64,000 bases of DNA. It comes from the human T2T-CHM13v2.0 reference genome, Homo sapiens. The notes below the pieces were generated by a model, which searched no databases, was not told the origin of the DNA, and saw only the letters and a list, made by a program, of their open reading frames with translations. A program made the translations under genes and the position numbers. Numbering within the stretch: the stretch's first letter is position 1; the number at the start of each line of letters is the position of its first letter. Below are positions 54,073-64,000 of the stretch, one piece after another. The DNA is taken from NCBI RefSeq assembly GCF_009914755.1, contig NC_060936.1. One strand, written 5' to 3'.

Positions 54073-54380
54073 GTAAAATCACTGTGAGCACTGACTTAGC
54101 ACATACTGGACCGTTGCTCCTAGGAGAAATACAGGGTTGCGTTCCTGTGAGCTTTGGTCGTGATATTTTCATCAGCTGATCAATATGTAATCTTGTTTTA
54201 TGTGTATTTCTGTTTAAAGATTCATATATATATGTGTATATATATATATGGTTGAGTTGTTACCGTTGAACTCACAGCCCACAGGACTAGAACACATGCC
54301 TAAATAAAGTTTATCTAACATACTTGTTTTCTCCATATGTATATCCATCATAACCTTCTTGCACTGAGGAATATTAGATA
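54073..54380 (+). mobile_element. MER82-like TcMar-Tigger DNA transposon fragment
   Basis: ttgctcctaggagaaatacagggttgcgttcctgtgagc...cttgttttatgtgtatttctgtttaaaga...ttgaactcacagcc. Confidence 0.7.
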
Positions 54381-55410
54381 ATATATATATGTATTTATGT
54401 ATTATACATATATATATATATTTTTTTTTTGAGACAGAGTTTTGCTCTTGTTGCCCAGGCTGGAGTGCAATGGCACGATCTCTGCTCACTGCAACCTCCA
54501 CCTTCTGGTTTCTTTCTTTTGTTTGAAACAAAGTTTTACCTTGTTGCCCAGGCTCCAGTGCAGCGGCACAATCTCAGCTTACTACAGCCTTTGCCTCCCA
54601 GGTTCAAGTGATTCTCCTGCCTCAGCCTCTTGAGTAGCTAGGATTACAGGCATGCACCACCATGCCCAGCTGATTTTTGTGTTTTTAGTAGAGACGGGGT
54701 TTTACCACGTTAGCCAGGCTGGTCTCGAACTCCTGACCTCAAGCTATCCACCCGCCTGGGCCTCCCAAAGTGCTGGGATTACAGGCATGAGCCACTGCGC
54801 CCAGCCCACCTTCTGGTTTCCAGCGATTCTCCTGCCTCAGCCTCCTGAATACTTGGGATTACAGGCACCGGCTACCACACCCGGCTAATTTTTTTGTATT
54901 TTTAGTAGAGGCAGGGGTTTCGCTGTGTGGGCCAGGCTGGTCTGGAACTCGACCCCGTTATCCACCCACCTTGGCCTCCCAAAGTTCTGGGATTACAGGC
55001 GTGAGCCACTGGACCCGGCCTATTATTATATATATATATTTTGAAACAGTCTCACTCCATCCCCCAGGCTGGAGTGCAGTGGCACAATCTCTGATCACAT
55101 GCAGCTTCCGCTTCCTAGGTTCAAGTGATTCTTCTGCCTCAGCCTCCCAAGTAGCTAGAATCACAGGAGCGCGCCACCACACCCAGCAAATTTTTGTATT
55201 TTTAGTAGACGGGATTTCACCATGTTGGCCGGGCTGGTCTCGAACTCCTGACCTCACGTTATCTGCCCGCCTCAGCCTCCCAAAGTGCTGGGATTACAGA
55301 CATGAGCCACTGCTCCCTGCCTATTTTATTTTAGAGACAGGGTTTCCCTCTGTCACCCAGGCTGGAGTACAGTGGCATGACCATAGCTCACTGTAACCAC
55401 CAACTCCTGA

Positions 55411-55815
<405 letters not shown>

Positions 55816-56156
55816 TGAGATAGAGGTTTACTCTTGTTGCCTAGGCTAGAGTGCAATGGTGCGATCTCGGCTCACTGCAAAGCTGGCAAAGTCACAGACA
55901 CTGAAGACTGAGGAGGGACTGTGTCTACCTTCCCCCTGAGGCATGTGCTGTAGTTACCGGTATGGTCCTTCATGCCTAAATACTTCCTCCTAAAACTAAG
56001 GACATTTCCCTACATGACGACAATCCAGTGATCAAATCCAGGCAATTATCAGATAGAACATTCCTGTTCAGTTTCCCAAATGTCCCAGTAATGTCCCTTC
56101 TAGTGACGTTTTTTCCACTTGAGGATTGTGTGTCACAACGAGATATCACTTCCTAG

Positions 56157-56411
<255 letters not shown>

Positions 56412-56873
56412 TGATCCCCTCGCCTTGGCCTTTCAAAGTGTTAGGATTACAGGCGTGAGCCACCGTGCCCAGCCTTAGTCTCCTTTAATTTGGAACAATT
56501 CCTCAGCCTTTTTTTTGTTTGTTTGTGTTTGAGACAGGGACTTCCCATGTCACCCAGGCTAGAGGGCAGCCTCAACCTCCTAGGCTCAAGCAATCCTTCC
56601 ACCTCAGCCTCCTGAGTAGCTGGGAATACAGGCACATGCCACTACGCCTGGATAATGTTTGTATTTTTTATAGAAACAGGGCCTCTCTTGCCCAGGCTGG
56701 TCTTGAACTCCTGGCTTCAAGGGATCCTCCCACCTTGGCCTCCCGAACTGCTGAGATTGCAGCTGTGAGCCACAGCACCCAGGCTAGCCTTTGTCTTTAA
56801 AAAACTTTTTGGCTGGGCTCAGTGGCTCACGCCTGTAATCCCAGAACTTTGGGAGGCCGAGGCGGGCAGATCA

Positions 56874-57558
<685 letters not shown>

Positions 57559-57885
57559 TAGCCAGGATGGTCTCGATCTCCTGACCTCGTGATCCGCCCA
57601 TCTCGGCCTCCCAAAGTGCTGGGATTACAGGCGTGAGCCACCGCGCCCGGCCAGTGGTGAGTACTATTATTATCTCCATTTTGCAGAAGGTAAAATTCAT
57701 GCCCGTGGAAGTTAAGTAAATTGCCAGGATTTGAACCTGGATAGTCTGGCTCAGAGCCTAGGCCCTCACAAAGATCTTACCTGGGCTGATTCTGGCTTTG
57801 CTTTAAATGGAGGGCCGGGTGTGGTGGCTCATACCTGTAATCCCAGCACTATGGAAGGCTGAGGCAGCTGTATCACCTGAAGTCA

Positions 57886-58095
<210 letters not shown>

Positions 58096-58109
58096 TCAAA
58101 TAAATATAT

Positions 58110-58146
<37 letters not shown>

Positions 58147-58828
58147 TACATTAAAGAACTGTTGGAAGCCCTAGCTGCATGGGGCCACCTTCTTACAGAG
58201 CAACAATGAGCAGCAGCTGCACTGCAGCCACACTCTCCCCAGGGCCTATTTTTTCCACAGTCCCCAGCACTCCCTCTTGTCTCACACCAGGCCGCCTTCA
58301 CTCATGTGACTTTCTTGGCCTCATTAGGCCTTTGAGTTTGAGATTTCTGTCTGTCCCAAACATCTAATATAGAAAGTGGTTATGCTCACGCCTGTAATCC
58401 CAGCACTTTAGGAGGATGAGGCAGGTAGATGACTTGAACCCAGGAGTTTGAGACCAGCCTGGGCAACATGGCGAAACCCTGTCTCTACACAAAATACAAA
58501 AATTAGTTGGGCATGGTGGCACGCGCCTGTAATCCCAGCTACTTGGGAAACTGAGGCTGGAAGATCGCTTGAGTCTGGGAAGTAGAGGGTGCAGTGATCC
58601 TTGATTGTGCTACTGGACTCCAGCCTGGGCAACAGACCCTGTCTCAAAAAAGAAAAATTTAAACCAAGTTTTTAATTAGTTTTATAAAAGAATGTAGTCT
58701 GGCTGAAGTGAAATGTGGGTGGAGCATCAGCAGGCCTGATATTTCTCTTTCTCCTATCATTGTTGTCCCAGGTGCTTCACAGAACCCCAAGACTCTGGAG
58801 AAACACAATTTGGAAAGTGTGGCCTTAA

Positions 58829-59277
<449 letters not shown>

Positions 59278-59298
59278 TGAAGGGTATCAAGTAGATGA

Positions 59299-59700
<402 letters not shown>

Positions 59701-59789
59701 TAGGGATGCAAGATCCAGCTGGAATTATTTCTGGGCTAGGATCCTGTTGTCTTGGGTTCTTGTTCCTAAACTGGCCGGGACTCGACTCA

Positions 59790-59915
59790 TCAGCCAGGCT
59801 TGTCAAATGCAGGTTTCGAAGCCCTTGGAGGATTCTGATTTAAGTAGGTCTGGGTGTGTCTTTGGAATCTATTTCTAACAAGCACCCCAGGTGCTCTCAC
59901 ACCCAGGCAACTTAG
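59790..59915. mobile_element. MER5A-like fragment
   Basis: gattctgatttaagtaggtctgggtg...ggaatctatttctaacaagcaccccaggtg. Confidence 0.6.
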
Positions 59916-60834
59916 ACAAACACTCCTAGTTAGGAGCACAGTCTCTTTAACTTCATTTTTATTTACATTTTGAATACATAATACATTCACATGGTTCCAA
60001 ACACAACACTGAAAAGTTGTTCTTCAGCTCCTGTTCCCAAGTCCCCAATTCTCCCCAGAGACAACCATCTTTGCCAGTTTATTGTGTTTAAATCTAGCGA
60101 CATTTTGTACATAAACAAGCACACCCTCTTCCAACATTTTTTTTTTTTTTTGAGATGGAGTCTCGCTCTGTTGCCCAGGCTGGAGAGCAGCGGCACGATC
60201 TCGGCTCGGCGTGATCTTGGCTCACCACTACCTCCGCCTCCTGGGTTCAAGTGATTCTCCTGCCTCAGCCTCCTGAGTAGCTGGGATTATAGATGCACTC
60301 CACCACACCCAGCTAATTTTTGTATTTTTAGTAGAGACAGGGTTTCACCATGTTGGTCAGGCTGGTCTCGAACTCCTGACCTCTTGATCCGCCTGCCTCG
60401 GCCTCTCAAAGTGCTAGGATTACAGGCATGAGCCACCATGCCCTGCCCCCACTTTTTCTTTAAAAATGGTAACCCTTTACACTCTTCTGCACATTAAGAA
60501 CAGCTAGACCTAAGTTTAAGCACAGTACTAGCTTGATGACTTGTGATCCTCCCTGAACCTGTTTCCTCCTCTAAAATGGCAGTAATAGCAAGACACCTCA
60601 CTGTTGTCGGGGAGTGCCAGGAGAGAATGCTTGCTGCGAAGCTGTCAGCACACGGCCTGGAATAGAGTGAGTGCTCCATATCTGGAAGTTATGATTAATT
60701 CTGCATCCTAGGGTGGCCAGGCGGGGCTTCCCAGTGCCAGAGGTACAGACTGAGAACCACACCCTTGGTGAGGCCACCCTACTTATGACTTAGGGGGCAG
60801 AGAGAACCTCAGTAAGGTCAGTGGTGTTTATTGA

Positions 60835-61258
<424 letters not shown>

Positions 61259-61727
61259 CTTATCTCATCCTCACAGTAACTAACCACAGTAACCCCAGGT
61301 GGTAAGTACTGTTAATGCCCCATATTGCAAGTGAGGAGACCAACAGAACAGAGTTTGGGTGACATTCCTGAGAACACACAGCTCCGAGATTCACGCCCAG
61401 GCACTGTGACTCCAGAGCTCACCTGCCCATTATGCAAGAACATCTGATCTTGGCTGGGAGCAGTGGCTCACACCTGTAATCCCAGCACTTTGGGAGTCCA
61501 AGGCGGGCAGATCACGAGGTCAGGAGATCGAGACCGTCCTGGCCAACATGGTGAAACCCTGTCTCTACTAAAAATACAAAAAATTAGCCTTGGTGGCAGG
61601 TGCCTGTAATCCCAGCTACTTGGGAGGCTGAGGCAGGATAATCGCTTGAACCAGGGAGGCGAGGTTGCAGTGAGCCGAGATTGTGCCACTGCACTCCAGC
61701 CTGGGTGACAGAGCAAGACTCTGTCTC

Positions 61728-61758
<31 letters not shown>

Positions 61759-61834
61759 CAGGCTCGATGGCTCACACCTGTAATCCCAGCACTTTAGGAG
61801 ACTGAGCGGGGCAGATCACGAGGTCAGGAGTTCA

Positions 61835-62046
<212 letters not shown>

Positions 62047-62589
62047 TCACCTGGGGAATTTTCTGAAAGCTCAGGCCTCACCCCAGATGAATTAGATGTG
62101 AACCTGTGAATCTCTGGGCATGGGACCTGGGCTTCCACAGCTTTGCAAAGTTTCCATGGGATTTCAAGGTTGAGAGCCCTGTGTTAGGCTGAGAAGTGGT
62201 CAGGAAATTTTATGATCTCCAATCTTGGCAGCCAGTGTGGCAGGATACAGGCCTTCTCTCTGGGTCATCTGGGTTATCTCACAGGGGACCTGCCATTTCT
62301 TTCTCTTTTTCTTTTCCTTTCTTTTATATTTTAAAATTTTTTTTTGTAGAGTCAGGGTCTTGCTATGTTGCCTAAGCTGGTCTCGAACTCCTGGCCTCAG
62401 GCAGTCCTCTTACCTTGGCCTCCCAAGTTCTGGGATTACAGGAATGAGCCACTGCACCCGGCCTAAGACCTGCCCTTACTCCCCCAAGCTAAACCCAGGC
62501 AGCCCAGCCAAGGCAGGTCTTCCCTCTTCTAAACCTGAAAGCCCTGCTGAGCCCCCTCGAGTGCCCCATCCTTATCCCATAGGCCCAGG

Positions 62590-62848
62590 CTTATACCACT
62601 TGGTTATTCTTTATTCTCATGCATTCCAGGATGAGATCAGAGAATGAAGAGGGTCCCGAGGACAGCCTGGGAGAGAAGCACCAGCCTTCCTATTGGCAAG
62701 AAATGACCCAGTGCTGGGGGTAGTGAGGGGCCCTATGAGGGTGCCGGGGTCATGCCTGGAGCTGCTGCTGACTCCTCCAGCCAGAGCCGCACTGGTCTGA
62801 GCGATCGGGTGACACAGGCTTGAATTTCTCCTGAAGCGTTTGTGTTCT
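62590..62848 (-). other. MORN3: MORN3 terminal non-coding (3' UTR) exon
   Basis: Minus-strand acceptor CCATCCCTCTCTCCCCTGCAG|AGAACAC (AG at 62850-62849) and AATAAA at 62615-62610. The intron would be 62849-63931. Confidence 0.82.
62610..62615 (-). terminator. Canonical AATAAA poly(A) signal of MORN3
   Basis: Plus strand TTTATT about 235 nt into the terminal exon. Confidence 0.75.
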
Positions 62849-63168
62849 CTGCAGGGGAGAGAGGGATGGTGGAGCTGGCATTTGAAAGACGCTGTTACCA
62901 ATGTCCTCTCCTCAAACCCTCACATCATGCCCAGGAGGACTTGGACTGGACAAGACCCCACTGGACAGATGTGTAAATGGAGGCTGAAGGCCAACTGCCT
63001 TACTCAAGGGTGTTCAGAAGCCAGGAGACCACCTCCTTTCAACCCCGTGCCCAGCTCAGTTGTGTGGCCCAGGGTGCAAATAGAAGGTTTCAGGCAGGAC
63101 TGGAATGCACTGGTCTTCAGTGAAATGGTTTGTTTGTTTGTTTATTTGTTTGTTTGTTTGTTTTTTGA

Positions 63169-63267
<99 letters not shown>

Positions 63268-63423
63268 TAGCTGGAATTACAGGTGCCCTCCCCCACGCCC
63301 AGCTAATTTTTGTGTTTTTAGTACAGATGGGGTTTCACCATCTTGGCCAAGCTAGTCTTGAACTCCTGACCTCGTGATCCACCCACCTCGGCCTCCCAAA
63401 GTGCTGGGATTACAGGATTATAG

Positions 63424-63783
<360 letters not shown>

Positions 63784-63937
63784 TAGGAGGCAAGAAGCCT
63801 GCCCTCGATGGTCTTGCTCCCCCACTCCCCGACCCCAAGCCCTTTGGAGACCCCAGGAGATCTGTGCATTGTTCTGGGCCCTGGAGCAGCCTCAGCCACA
63901 TCAGAACTTGGCAGGTGTGCCCACCCCTCACCTGGCA

Positions 63938-64000
63938 TCAATCTCCTTCCTCTGTCTTCCTGAACATGGCCAAGGCCTCCGCCAGCACACCATCAGGGTC
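63938..64000 (-). CDS. MORN3: MORN3 C-terminal coding segment (penultimate exon, truncated by the window end)
   Basis: Minus strand from 64000 reads DPDGVLAEALAMFRKTEEGD* (TGA at 63940-63938), then 6 nt of UTR (TGCCAG) and donor GTGAGG at 63931. It matches my recollection of the MORN3 C-terminus and the known ORAI1-MORN3 gene order. Confidence 0.88.
   Translation of the reverse strand, partial: DPDGVLAEALAMFRKTEEGD

Overview
This is a GC-rich, extremely Alu-dense human (primate) region recognisable as the ORAI1 locus (12q24.31). It holds the complete two-exon ORAI1 gene on + (CDS 37938-38240 and 52254-52856, 301 aa, 14.0 kb intron) with its CpG-island promoter. The 3' end of the convergent MORN3 gene lies on - (C-terminal coding exon cut by the window end, plus a non-coding terminal exon at about 62590-62848). 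The first 37 kb has no protein-coding gene. It contains roughly a hundred or more Alu pieces by eye, old L1M, MaLR/ERVL LTR, MIR/L2 and DNA-transposon relics, a U6 retrocopy, a MADE1 hairpin, a truncated L1PA, a strong CTCF site and splice signals that may belong to a lncRNA. Almost all short ORFs in the supplied track are Alu or GC-composition artefacts. I see no wholly new gene system. The best leads are: (1) an antisense SVA in ORAI1 intron 1 with a collapsed VNTR and a 48-bp 3' transduction inside a perfect 16-bp TSD; (2) a strong cryptic acceptor made by that transduction, defining a stop-free, frame-preserving 147-nt candidate exon that would insert in the middle of TM1; (3) an overlapping upstream ORF whose stop overlaps the Orai1-beta start codon (TGATG); (4) a weak proximal ORAI1 poly(A) signal with a transposon-supplied distal AATAAA. 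Repeat subfamily names are by eye and their boundaries are approximate.
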